Source: an uncultured Candidatus Saccharibacteria bacterium (GTDB taxonomy: Bacteria > Patescibacteriota > Dojkabacteria > CAZCSM01). Taken from it: 63,108 nucleotides of DNA. The position numbers and the translations under genes are program-made. The DNA lies in NCBI GenBank assembly GCA_964501355.1, contig CAZCSM010000009.1:1-63108 (forward strand), read 5' to 3'. This document shows, in pieces, positions 1 to 9,613 of this stretch (positions are counted from its first letter, which is position 1; every line of letters begins with the position of its first letter). Under the pieces are notes generated by a model, which saw nothing but the letters and a program-made list of their open reading frames with translations, ran no database searches and was not told where the DNA came from.

Positions 1-8
1 AATCTAAT

Positions 9-500
9 CTATCCAAAATTGAATATTTCGCTTGACTTAGTATAATGGGTCTCCAGTTCCGGTTTATCGGCAAAAAGAATTGACGTCCCATTCATTTCCG
101 TTATAAAAATGTATCCCCGACCATTACTAAATCTTACAGGGCGTAACGCCTCTCTTATAATATGTTCGATCTCTTCATTGGTTAGATTTCCACTATTTTC
201 ATCATAAATATTCTCTGAGATTGAATATGCCAAATTAGTCCAGTTTTTGATTAGTGCCTTCAAATCTTCGTCTTGTTTTTCGTGTAAATCATTTACATAG
301 GAAACACTTCTTTGCACCTCATACTTTATTATGTCTTTTTCGTATGACATCATTCGATCCTCAAGTTCATTCAGCGTTTCTTTGTGTCTGCTGTATTCCC
401 TCGAGATCCAAAAGAAACCAATAAGGAAAGTCGATACAAGCAGTATCACAAGTGTGGCGAAAAAGAATAGACTGGTGAGACGAATATTTCTATCTTTCAT
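9..500 (-). CDS. membrane-anchored sCache-like sensor domain protein (short, possibly truncated)
   Basis: 163-aa ORF with an N-terminal TM helix (LTSLFFFATLVILLVSTFLIGFFWI), then a Cache-type signature (EEIEHIIREALRPVRFSNGRGYIFITEMNG). It stops at TAG 9-11 before a full Cache fold or any output domain. Confidence 0.5.
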   Translation of the reverse strand: MKDRNIRLTSLFFFATLVILLVSTFLIGFFWISREYSRHKETLNELEDRMMSYEKDIIKYEVQRSVSYVNDLHEKQDEDLKALIKNWTNLAYSISENIYDENSGNLTNEEIEHIIREALRPVRFSNGRGYIFITEMNGTSILFADKPELETHYTKSSEIFNFG

Positions 501-623
501 TGGATCAAAAATAAAATGTGCTAATAAATTTATAGTACATTTATATTAAGTTTATTTAAGAGATTCATATTCTAATATATTTATGTTTAAATATAAGTAT
601 ACTAGTTTTAATATTTAAATAAA

Positions 624-1181
624 ATGTCAGACCTCACATATAAACCTGCAATTTCTGATGCGGTTCTGAAGGCACTTATGAACCTTCGTCCGGATAATAT
701 TACAGCAACAACAAAAAAGGAATTAACATCACAGGTCTTGGAAGAATGCGTGAAATTAACGAAAAGTGATGTGGGTTATTTGCATTTTTATGACGAAGAA
801 AAAAAAGATATAACATTAAATTACTGGTCAAAAAACGTTTTCCCTAATTGTGGTGTTAGTCAGAATCAGCATTACTCTCTTGATAGAGCAGGTAATTGGG
901 CAGATTGTGTTCGAGAACGACAACCGGTCATTCACAATGATTTTGCTAATTCTCCGAATCAAAAAGGATTGCCGAAGGGACACTTTCCTCTCAATAGACA
1001 TATGAGCGTTCCGATTTTCGAAGGCGAAAAGATAGTTTTAATTCTTGGTGTCGGCAATAAGAAAGAACCTTATGATGAGACGGATGTAAAAAACATAGAG
1101 ATGTTTGGGAAAGTTCTTTTGGATACGTTTATTTATTGGGAAGAAAAGAACAAACTGAAAAAGGAACTCGAAACTCTTTAA
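624..1181 (+). CDS. stand-alone GAF domain protein
   Basis: 185-aa ORF with GAF-like pattern (VGYLHFYDEEKKDITL...HMSVPIFEGEKIVLILGVGNKKEPYDETD). No transmitter or output domain. Confidence 0.7.
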   Translation: MSDLTYKPAISDAVLKALMNLRPDNITATTKKELTSQVLEECVKLTKSDVGYLHFYDEEKKDITLNYWSKNVFPNCGVSQNQHYSLDRAGNWADCVRERQPVIHNDFANSPNQKGLPKGHFPLNRHMSVPIFEGEKIVLILGVGNKKEPYDETDVKNIEMFGKVLLDTFIYWEEKNKLKKELETL

Positions 1182-1209
1182 AACTGAATGATTGAATTAT
1201 TTCCGGGAA

Positions 1210-2244
1210 TTAGAGTCGTTGTGCTTTTTTGACAAGGCTAATATCATGCAAATAAAGCATTTCTCCTAAGATGTCGCCTTCAGAGTCCTTTATCTTAATA
1301 ATCTTTGAATCAAACCACTTTCTCGATTCAAGATGATAGTATGCATTTCGCTCTCTTTCTCCTTTTAATATTTCAGGTATGAAGAAAAATTCTTCTTCAG
1401 ATGCAGTGTGTAGATTCACGCCAACAAATAGATGTTTGAAAATTAGCTTTGCAAAGGGATTGTAATCTATAACAGATCCTTCTTCATCCATAATAATAAT
1501 CACGTCCTCAATTTGAGTGAAGAACGATTCTTTTGCAATGGGAATTGCAGTCAAGGCCTGATACTTCATTATTCCAAAAATAAGAGCAATTACGGAAAGC
1601 AAAAGTGCAATTGGTGTTATTTCAACCTCAAAAAGTGTTGGAGAAATGAAGACGTAAATTATGTTTGCAATCCATGGGAAAAACATTGCCAACAAAAAGA
1701 TAATCGTCCGGATTCTATCATATCCCGTTCTCGTCAAAACGTGCCTCGCTAGAATAAAACCACCCGCCAAGATTAGTGAATATGTGTAGATAACGTGTAT
1801 CATAAAATATGAACCATGAACATAGATAACTCCATCTTCAACTTTATCGAGTATCGGGTGAAAATCGGTCCAAATTAAATTGTGATTCTCGTTAGTTAAT
1901 ACAAGAATAAGCGTGATTAATGGAATTGCCCACATTGCCCACCTGATGATTCCAAGAAGATTACCTTTTGTTTCGGAATATTTTAGTGCAAATAAAAGCC
2001 ACAGAGGACCAATGCAGATGACACCAAAGTAACTTATCTTGGACCACAAAACTCTTAGCTCAATCGTCGAAAGAGTACTCTCAACACCGATGGAGAATGC
2101 CCATATAGCAGCGGCAAGAAGAAGGAACATCATTTCCTGAGTTCCCTTGCCTTTCTTTTGAAGCGAAAGGTAATATGATAATCCCAACAAAAAAATTGTT
2201 GTTATTAATAAGACGATTGTGATTGGTGTTACTTGTAAGTACAT
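1210..2244 (-). CDS. polytopic membrane sensor module (7TM region plus PAS-like domain, no kinase/cyclase output)
   Basis: 344-aa ORF with about 7 hydrophobic helices in the first 230 aa, as in HisKA_7TM-type N-termini. The C-terminal PAS-like segment reads IEDVIIIMDEEGSVIDYNPFAKLIF...KIKDSEGDILGEMLYLHDIS. Confidence 0.6.
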   Translation of the reverse strand: MYLQVTPITIVLLITTIFLLGLSYYLSLQKKGKGTQEMMFLLLAAAIWAFSIGVESTLSTIELRVLWSKISYFGVICIGPLWLLFALKYSETKGNLLGIIRWAMWAIPLITLILVLTNENHNLIWTDFHPILDKVEDGVIYVHGSYFMIHVIYTYSLILAGGFILARHVLTRTGYDRIRTIIFLLAMFFPWIANIIYVFISPTLFEVEITPIALLLSVIALIFGIMKYQALTAIPIAKESFFTQIEDVIIIMDEEGSVIDYNPFAKLIFKHLFVGVNLHTASEEEFFFIPEILKGERERNAYYHLESRKWFDSKIIKIKDSEGDILGEMLYLHDISLVKKAQRL

Positions 2245-2246
2245 AA

Positions 2247-3203
2247 TTATTCTCCTTGGGTTAAATCACATTCACAAGATTGAACATTTACCGTCACACT
2301 TTCAGACTCTCCTCCAATATTAAGCTCTGTGAAACTATCTGGCTTGATTACACCCATAACAAATTTTACAGATCTATCACCAGTAGGATTGCTTGCAAAA
2401 GGACAGAAAATGTTTCCCTGTCCTCCCGTTCCACATAATGCATCGTCCTCTGTGCATCCGCTCTTTACATAACCTCCTCCATAAAAAGTTACATCCTTTT
2501 GCTCAGCTGGTTGAAGTGTTCCGAAATCTTCTAAGCCTAATACTTTATCGTCTTCATTATCCGAAACTGAATATCCAAAGTTTTGTGACTCACCTTCAAT
2601 TTGATATCCGAATCTCCATTTTGATTCAAAATTCACAAAGTTTGCATAGGGGATTGCAATTCGACCAACATTCTTTATTCTTAATTTAAAGTCGATATGA
2701 GAACATCCATGTGTAAATGCCTTTGGAAAATCAAGAATCTCGATTTCCATTTGAGGAAGAATGTCCATCCCTAACTGGGTATTTTCTTCCTCACTGATCT
2801 TAGTAGCTGTCTCGACATAGAAGTAATAGTCGTGATATTCACCTGTTAACAATGCAAAATCACCGTCAGCCAATGTATCTCCTGTCGAGTTTTCCAGATT
2901 TAACTGCATACTTCCTGATTCATCTGCGATAGAAAGCGTTTCTCCATACATCGCTGTAATACTCCCAAAGACTGTTACTTTTCTATTTTCATAATCAGCC
3001 TCTTGAAATAAAGCCGATGGTGAATATGTATTATCATAATCAATATCACCTATTCTTTTTTCAAGCGCAGACTTTCCAGTTCCGGACGTTCCTAAACCAA
3101 ACAATCCAAGTTTTGTTACTGCAAAATATCCACCAGCTAGAACTAAAATTAGAGCAATGACAATAATTATCGGTTTGGAGGCACATCCTTTTAGTTTATC
3201 CAT
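2247..3203 (-). CDS. membrane-anchored secreted hypothetical protein
   Basis: 318-aa ORF with an N-terminal TM/signal anchor (PIIIVIALILVLAGGYFAV) and a Cys-containing beta-rich ectodomain. It ends 2 nt upstream of the 7TM-PAS gene start, so it is probably co-transcribed. Confidence 0.5.
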   Translation of the reverse strand: MDKLKGCASKPIIIVIALILVLAGGYFAVTKLGLFGLGTSGTGKSALEKRIGDIDYDNTYSPSALFQEADYENRKVTVFGSITAMYGETLSIADESGSMQLNLENSTGDTLADGDFALLTGEYHDYYFYVETATKISEEENTQLGMDILPQMEIEILDFPKAFTHGCSHIDFKLRIKNVGRIAIPYANFVNFESKWRFGYQIEGESQNFGYSVSDNEDDKVLGLEDFGTLQPAEQKDVTFYGGGYVKSGCTEDDALCGTGGQGNIFCPFASNPTGDRSVKFVMGVIKPDSFTELNIGGESESVTVNVQSCECDLTQGE

Positions 3204-3353
3204 GTTTTATCGATTAATCGAATGATTATATTTCTAACCATATATAGAATACTTGAGAAAGTTTTTTAGAGCAAGAGGAAATATCCATAACTTTTTAATC
3301 TCCAATATGTTATAAATAATTTGTACATAAACGTAATTTATGAAAGAACTGCT

Positions 3354-4700
3354 ATGGAGGAATCTACACCAATTTCAGAAAATTCTCTTCCCCCTGTCGT
3401 GGAAACACCACAATCAGTTGCTCCTGAAGTCGCAAAGATTGATTCATCGCCTAAAAGTAAAAAGAAAGGATTAACAATTCTGCTTATATCTATCTTTCTC
3501 GTTCTCATTACTGCGGGTATTGCAAGCGCTGTCTGGTTATCTTCACGCAAAGATAAAGCAGAAGAGGAAACAGCTATAGACGATACGTTACCAGAGGAAG
3601 AAGAGGAATTGGAGAATGAAGAAGAATTGGACGCCGAAGCTTTAGATTTAGAGGAGGATGCTTCGACAGGCTCAGCAACCGAGGAAGCTACTCCACCGGC
3701 GGAGGAACCCGAAGATTTACCATCAGATGATGAACCCGAACCGGTACCTGCCGTTGTTGACGAAGATCGAATTGTGTACATAAAGGATGACAATATCTGG
3801 GTGATGAATAATGACGGAACCGGGAAAATCCAAATTACAGCAGATGCAAGCGAGATGATTCAATATAGAGTTGTTGACTGGAAAGAGCCGGGAGTTATTT
3901 CATACTCTCGATGTGGTGGAGAATGTGGCGTTTACACGTACGATTTAGCAACCTCAACAGAAGATCTGGTTTTCACTGGAATTCCCTTTACACAAAGTTT
4001 CGATGCAATTAAATGGTCACATGATGGAAATTCAATTGCATACATTTTCACAAAAGGAGATTTCAGCAAAGAAGCTTCAATTCTTACTGCTGGAACTACA
4101 ACAGTTCTGCAATCTTATGCACCTCCGCCTGGACGAGGCGGACATTATGATGATGGAATGGAAATTGAATTCAGTCCAAACGATTTGAAACTTGTTGTTT
4201 TAAACACTGCCATTGATGAAACAATTAATAAACCCGTTATGGCATTTGAAACAGATGGAACGATGCTTGTTGAACTTGAGAGTGCAACCTTTCCGACGTT
4301 CTATAGTAATAGCGGATTTTACTATAAACGTGAAGGGTTAATTAAACGATGGAATCTATTAACATCAACTTCATCAACTGTTACTTTTGTTCCAACGGCT
4401 TCTATTCATGATCTCAAAACATCACCCGATGGATATTTCATCTCTTTCTGGAGCGATGTTTCCGGAGCTGATTTACAAGTTAATTATTATGATACAGGTG
4501 GTTCATCAAGCACAGTTGCTACAGATTATGTCGAACCAAGATGGCTTGATGACGGATCGGTATATTTCGTAGCAATTAAGGTCTCCGACATCGGCGTAAT
4601 GGGAATGTATGAAAGCGGAGGGTTATCAAGGGTTCAAAGGACTAATGGATCAGCTATTGATCTCGATCTCGGTGCGATTTATACGTTTGAGGTGGAATAG
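3354..4700 (+). CDS. TM anchor - acidic linker - beta-propeller-like (TolB/PD40-style) surface protein
   Basis: ATG at 3354 (the track starts at TTG 3321). TM helix LTILLISIFLVLITAGIASAVWL, an E/D/P-rich linker, then the PD40-like motif IVYIKDDNIWVMNNDGTGKIQIT. Confidence 0.55.
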   Translation: MEESTPISENSLPPVVETPQSVAPEVAKIDSSPKSKKKGLTILLISIFLVLITAGIASAVWLSSRKDKAEEETAIDDTLPEEEEELENEEELDAEALDLEEDASTGSATEEATPPAEEPEDLPSDDEPEPVPAVVDEDRIVYIKDDNIWVMNNDGTGKIQITADASEMIQYRVVDWKEPGVISYSRCGGECGVYTYDLATSTEDLVFTGIPFTQSFDAIKWSHDGNSIAYIFTKGDFSKEASILTAGTTTVLQSYAPPPGRGGHYDDGMEIEFSPNDLKLVVLNTAIDETINKPVMAFETDGTMLVELESATFPTFYSNSGFYYKREGLIKRWNLLTSTSSTVTFVPTASIHDLKTSPDGYFISFWSDVSGADLQVNYYDTGGSSSTVATDYVEPRWLDDGSVYFVAIKVSDIGVMGMYESGGLSRVQRTNGSAIDLDLGAIYTFEVE

Positions 4701-5072
4701 AAGCAACAATATCTGTTCAACAGTCAATTGAGGTTAATTTGACAACTAGAGAATCAGCAAAGGTTGCTGAGCTAAGCACCAAATTCGAAATCTTAAATAA
4801 CAAACAAATCTCAAATTTCAAATTCAAAAGCACCAAACAAATGCTTATTATTAAGATGTTATTAAATACATTTTAGTTTTGGAATTTTGGTAATTGTAAT
4901 TTGTTTGGAGATTGAGATTTGGGAATTGATACTTAATGAAAATAACTCTAATTGTTGCTGCATAAATCCTGTTATATAAGAACAGGTAATATTTGTTGAG
5001 AATATTTTGTGACTTTTTCTCTAATTTTGGATTATTATAATATAAGCGCTTATAAATTAAATTTATAAAAGA

Positions 5073-6746
5073 ATGACTAAAAATATAAAGGAAATAATAA
5101 AAAATCAAAAATATGATTCAGAATATGAACCGGATTCCGAGTTCCTTCTGAATCTCAGAAACCAAATAATTAACATTAGCAAAGGTAATAAAATGGAAAA
5201 CATTAAAGATACAAGTATTAAGAATAAGTTCCGGTTCCCATTTCTTCGCTATGCATTTCTTACGAGTTTGGTTGTTCTTGTTGGAGCAGGACTTTATGTC
5301 CTAGTTAATCCAGAATCAAGACCAACAATGTCAGTTGCATATGCGATGGAAAAGATTAAATATTCATATGATCAATTGGTAAAAGAGGATTCAATATTCC
5401 ATCAAAAAACAGTTCTAAAGTGGTATGAGTACACCTATGATGGTTCCCTTCATGAAAAGCAGGATGATATCTCGTACGAAATCTGGGAAGATATGAGCTC
5501 GAATCGAATGAGAAACATCGCAACATACGATGATGATACTGTTTATCAAATTCATGATGGTGATAAATATTGGAATTACAGTGTAAAAGACAATAAAGTA
5601 ATTGTAGAAACCTATATCTATTCTGACGCATCAAAGAAAGACGTTAAGCTTGGCGATAGAATGTTGGGGTCATTAAGCAATTATCAAGAGCTTTTCGGAA
5701 AAAACGAAGCAGATTTGGTTCTAGGTGAAGAAACGATTGATGGCGAAAAATATATTGTTCTGACGAGTAGAACACAGGAGGATATCGATGCAACTCTTGA
5801 ATTGAAGCCTGAGACGGATGTGAATAAATATTATTTTGATGCAGAAACATTTCTTCTTCGAAGAGATAGGTACTATAAAGTTACGGCTCAAGATATGCAA
5901 TTAGCAATGGAAACTGTCATTGAAGAACTTGAATCTTTTGAACGAACACCAGAAAGAATGGCTGCATTATTCACATTCGAACTGCCATTATCTGCTGATG
6001 TAATAATTGAAGAAAGAGACGTGTTTATCGATGATGGTGGAATTGATGATTCTGTAGTAATAGATCCTGATACACAAATCGATGTTGATACAGATGACTC
6101 AAACGATCAGGATGCACAGGAAATTCCAGCACCTGATGTTACACCTGTAAATGGAAGTATGATTGATGACATTAACGCAGCAGGATTTTATGAGAATGAC
6201 GAGTTCAAAGTAGTAATTCCTGCAGGATGGACTGCCATTAATGTAAAAATGTCTGATTCAGGTGATGACGTAATAAAAGGAATTGTTATTGAGAAAGATG
6301 GTTATTACCTCGATATTATGTCTGATGTTCTTATCACAGGTGGCGGGTTTGGTTATCCTTATGATGGTGTTTGCGAAAGTAATAAAAGTTACCTACCGGG
6401 GTTATTGTTAAACGGAGATTATGAAAGAATCGATGTAACAATGTCTATGAATATTGCAGATGGTTGCACTCTTAATGATATGAATATTGTGAATACACAA
6501 GAATCACCATTCTGGGTTGGAAGCGTAATCAAGCTAGAAGGTTCAGATTACCCAATAATTTCAAGATCTGAAATGTTTGGAGAAGATTACGATTACGATG
6601 ATGACAATATTATCATAAGATATGGTTATGACTATTGGAATGATGGATTGGCAGGATTCGAGTTCCCAGAGCTAAGTTCACAAAAACTTAACTTTATGAT
6701 GGTGGAACTAGACGAAATAACTAATTCTATTGAGTTCTATAAATAA
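5073..6746 (+). CDS. single-pass membrane protein with large ectodomain (possible anti-sigma-like partner of the downstream sigma factor)
   Basis: 557-aa ORF with a short cytoplasmic N-terminus, TM helix (FLRYAFLTSLVVLVGAGLYVLV) and a large D/E-rich extracytoplasmic part. Its TAA stop is 1 nt from the sigma factor ATG. Confidence 0.45.
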   Translation: MTKNIKEIIKNQKYDSEYEPDSEFLLNLRNQIINISKGNKMENIKDTSIKNKFRFPFLRYAFLTSLVVLVGAGLYVLVNPESRPTMSVAYAMEKIKYSYDQLVKEDSIFHQKTVLKWYEYTYDGSLHEKQDDISYEIWEDMSSNRMRNIATYDDDTVYQIHDGDKYWNYSVKDNKVIVETYIYSDASKKDVKLGDRMLGSLSNYQELFGKNEADLVLGEETIDGEKYIVLTSRTQEDIDATLELKPETDVNKYYFDAETFLLRRDRYYKVTAQDMQLAMETVIEELESFERTPERMAALFTFELPLSADVIIEERDVFIDDGGIDDSVVIDPDTQIDVDTDDSNDQDAQEIPAPDVTPVNGSMIDDINAAGFYENDEFKVVIPAGWTAINVKMSDSGDDVIKGIVIEKDGYYLDIMSDVLITGGGFGYPYDGVCESNKSYLPGLLLNGDYERIDVTMSMNIADGCTLNDMNIVNTQESPFWVGSVIKLEGSDYPIISRSEMFGEDYDYDDDNIIIRYGYDYWNDGLAGFEFPELSSQKLNFMMVELDEITNSIEFYK

Positions 6747-6747
6747 G

Positions 6748-7275
6748 ATGGAATTACAACAGGAACGAGAAATAATTGAAAACTGTAAGTCTGATTTATC
6801 AAACTTCACAGCAATATATGATGCTTATGTGAGCGATGTTTATCGGTACTGTTATTCCATAACGAGAAACAAGGAGATGGCGGAAGACGCTGTCTCCTTC
6901 GCTTTCCTACAAGCTATCGAGAAGATTCAGGAATATGAATTTCAAGGAAAAAGCATCAAGGCGTGGCTATTCATAATTGCACGAAATCATATTTTCAAAA
7001 AAGCTAATAAAACCCCGGATCTGGAACTTGAGGAGGATTGGGTTGGAGAAGATGAAAGTATTCTCGATCAAATGATTGATGATGAAGACTCTGAAAACGT
7101 TAAATCTGTTCTTGAATCATTAAAGGAGGAGGAAAAGGAGATTGTTCGACTGAAGATTTGGGAGGAAATGAAATTTGAAGAGATTGCTGAAGTCACCGGT
7201 CTTGGCCTTTCCGGTGTGAAAATGAAATATTATCGCGCAGTTGAGAAGATGAAGCGATCTATAGCTCGTGATTAG
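6748..7275 (+). CDS. ECF-type RNA polymerase sigma-70 family factor
   Basis: Region 2-like DAYVSDVYRYCYSITRNKEMAEDAVSFAFLQA and region 4 HTH EKEIVRLKIWEEMKFEEIAEVTGLGLSGVKMKYYRAVEKM. ATG at 6748 (the track starts at TTG 6730). Confidence 0.8.
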   Translation: MELQQEREIIENCKSDLSNFTAIYDAYVSDVYRYCYSITRNKEMAEDAVSFAFLQAIEKIQEYEFQGKSIKAWLFIIARNHIFKKANKTPDLELEEDWVGEDESILDQMIDDEDSENVKSVLESLKEEEKEIVRLKIWEEMKFEEIAEVTGLGLSGVKMKYYRAVEKMKRSIARD

Positions 7276-7281
7276 TTTTGT

Positions 7282-8319
7282 TTATCTTTTATAAAAATTT
7301 CTTGCCATTTTTGCTACATCAAATGCTACCGGAGCATCATAATTTGATAAAACAATGGCAATGAATTTGTCATCAGGATATATGTCCAGTCTAGCACTTA
7401 CTCCATCAAATTGTCCTGCATGTCCAATTCTCTCATAATCTTTTCCTCGAAATATGGCAAAGCCATAACCGGTTGATTTGGTAATTCCATTATATGTTCC
7501 CTCTGAAACATGTGGCATAAGCATTATTTTCCGCATATTTTCACTAACCAGCTGATTATTCATAAAGGCTTGTGAAAATTTATACAAATCCAATGATGTC
7601 GAGTATGTGTTTCCGCTTGCCGAACCTTTAATTGGAAGTCTTCCCCAATTTTCAACCGTTTCTTCAAGATGTTTTCCTGTAAGATAATCGATGTTTGTAT
7701 ATCCTATTGCGACATCATCCTTTATATTATTACGATCCCTTTCACAGTTGTCTGTATTAATCATCCCAGAGATTTTAAAGATGTTATAATTAATATATTC
7801 ATCATAACTTGTCCCGTTTACTTTTTCGATTATAGAACCAAGAAGCTCAAATCCATCCGCGCTATATAGAAATTCACCCAAAGATCCGTCTGGCTTATGT
7901 TTCGAGAAAAACTTTACAATATCATCAATTGTTTTCAATTTATCTCGAATGTCTAAATACTCTTTTAAGTATTTAGTGTTAATAAAACTTCCTAATCCTG
8001 AAGTATGTGTTAGTAAATGATGAATTGTTACTGTATCCCTTATCGTTTCATTAGGGTAATTGGGGAGATATTTTGAAACAGGATCTTGGAAGGATACCTT
8101 CTTTTGTTCTACAAGTTGGCAAATTGCAATAGCTGTGAATAATTTGCTAATTGAACCAATATTGAATTTTGTATTTGCAACATTTACAATTTTTAATTTT
8201 TTATTAGAAAATCCAGCAGAGTATTCAAAAATAACTTGATCGTCTTTTGCAAGCAAAACAGCACCCGAAAACTCATCGGATTTTGATTTTTCTTGTAAAT
8301 ATGAAAGAAAATCGTTCAT
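7282..8319 (-). CDS. serine hydrolase, beta-lactamase/class C-related family
   Basis: 345 aa with the SxxK motif in NIGSISKLFTA and a downstream HAG triad-like motif. Overall class C/esterase-like pattern. Confidence 0.8.
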   Translation of the reverse strand: MNDFLSYLQEKSKSDEFSGAVLLAKDDQVIFEYSAGFSNKKLKIVNVANTKFNIGSISKLFTAIAICQLVEQKKVSFQDPVSKYLPNYPNETIRDTVTIHHLLTHTSGLGSFINTKYLKEYLDIRDKLKTIDDIVKFFSKHKPDGSLGEFLYSADGFELLGSIIEKVNGTSYDEYINYNIFKISGMINTDNCERDRNNIKDDVAIGYTNIDYLTGKHLEETVENWGRLPIKGSASGNTYSTSLDLYKFSQAFMNNQLVSENMRKIMLMPHVSEGTYNGITKSTGYGFAIFRGKDYERIGHAGQFDGVSARLDIYPDDKFIAIVLSNYDAPVAFDVAKMARNFYKR

Positions 8320-8331
8320 CGTACTTTTCTT

Positions 8332-8820
8332 CTAAATTGAATGTTCTCTCACCCACTCTACAACCCGATTCAAATCTTCCCTCTTCACTTCCTTTTGCAC
8401 AATCATTTCTTCTGGCTTCACGCCAAGGAATAATCGGAAAATAAATTTGGTAAAGGCATTCATCTCGCCAGCAGTAATCCCGGGAAGTTTCATATATCCT
8501 GCGAAACTTTCACGAATTTCTTTTGGAATCATGTTGTATGCCTTCTGACTCCACTTGCCCTCTTGCGGTACTGCACCGACTGCCATGAGAAATATCTTTT
8601 TATCTTTTATCTTGTCCCAATTAGGTTTAATAATGTTTAACGATGCAAATTGTCCTCCACGAACTGGGCTTCCGATTATTATTAAACCATAATCTTTCAC
8701 CTTCTCGAAATCGAAGTTATTAAGATCGAATAAATCACTTTCGAGAAATTCTTCGTGTAGCCATTCTGAGTATTGCTTCGTGCTTCCTGTTTCTGAGGTG
8801 TAGAGGATTAAGAGTTTCAT
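8332..8820 (-). CDS. flavodoxin-like fold protein
   Basis: 162 aa. N-terminal MKLLILYTSETGSTKQY is a typical flavodoxin phosphate-binding loop. Confidence 0.65.
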   Translation of the reverse strand: MKLLILYTSETGSTKQYSEWLHEEFLESDLFDLNNFDFEKVKDYGLIIIGSPVRGGQFASLNIIKPNWDKIKDKKIFLMAVGAVPQEGKWSQKAYNMIPKEIRESFAGYMKLPGITAGEMNAFTKFIFRLFLGVKPEEMIVQKEVKREDLNRVVEWVREHSI

Positions 8821-8844
8821 TTTTTAAGGAAATAAATTTAATAA

Positions 8845-9477
8845 TTATTCAAGAGAGGTCAATATAATCTGATCAATCTGTTGAGAGATTACCTCTCTTG
8901 AGGTTTCATCTAATGTCATGAGCCCCATTTGAGAGTGGTAATCTTCATACTGTGGATTTGCTAGAAATGCCAGATAATCATCAAAGTATTGTTTTGACCA
9001 AATTCTCATGGTCATTAATTCAACCATATCTTCAGCTGCCTGTAACATCGGTTGCCCCTTGTTATCGATACTTCCAAAAGTTGTCAATCCAACACCAGAA
9101 TGACGAGCTTCAATTAACACTGACTGTAAATCCATATAATCCTTGCATTGCCCTTCTGCAGCAATATCATATACGTGATTTATAGCTTTGTGAGAAAACT
9201 CATGAATACCTTTATATAACAAAACATCTTCTGCTGTTCTCGGAACACTGCTGCTAGGTTCATAGAAGATTTTTTTATAAACATTTTGAGGCATAGGTTT
9301 TGTCCCTATCATTATCTGAGGACCTCCTGGAATATTTTGCGAAACCCATGTGGCAGGATTTTCTATGATATTATTTCGATTTCCTCTACCATACCTTTCA
9401 TATAATCTATACCCCAAAGGATTTGCGCGCAGTCGTGATTCTATCCTTGTTGCCAAAACATTTTCTCCACTTGCCAT
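8845..9477 (-). CDS. hypothetical protein with HExxH motif (possible metallopeptidase)
   Basis: ATG at 9477 (MASGENVL). Contains IHEFSHKAINH (HExxH). No other recognisable family signature. Confidence 0.4.
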   Translation of the reverse strand: MASGENVLATRIESRLRANPLGYRLYERYGRGNRNNIIENPATWVSQNIPGGPQIMIGTKPMPQNVYKKIFYEPSSSVPRTAEDVLLYKGIHEFSHKAINHVYDIAAEGQCKDYMDLQSVLIEARHSGVGLTTFGSIDNKGQPMLQAAEDMVELMTMRIWSKQYFDDYLAFLANPQYEDYHSQMGLMTLDETSREVISQQIDQIILTSLE

Positions 9478-9613
9478 ACTATATTCAGTAATAATTATTA
9501 ATAGATATAAAATATCACAACTTTCCGATTGCAACAATGTGGACTACAGCTCTTCACAAACCTTCCATAATTAACCTATACAGTACTATCATCAAATATT
9601 TTATTTATTAAAC

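Noticed and set aside
4851-5108. 85-aa minus-strand ORF in the AT-rich gap
   Set aside because: Extreme low-complexity Y/N/I/K composition typical of AT-rich non-coding DNA. It also overlaps the start of the 5073 gene.
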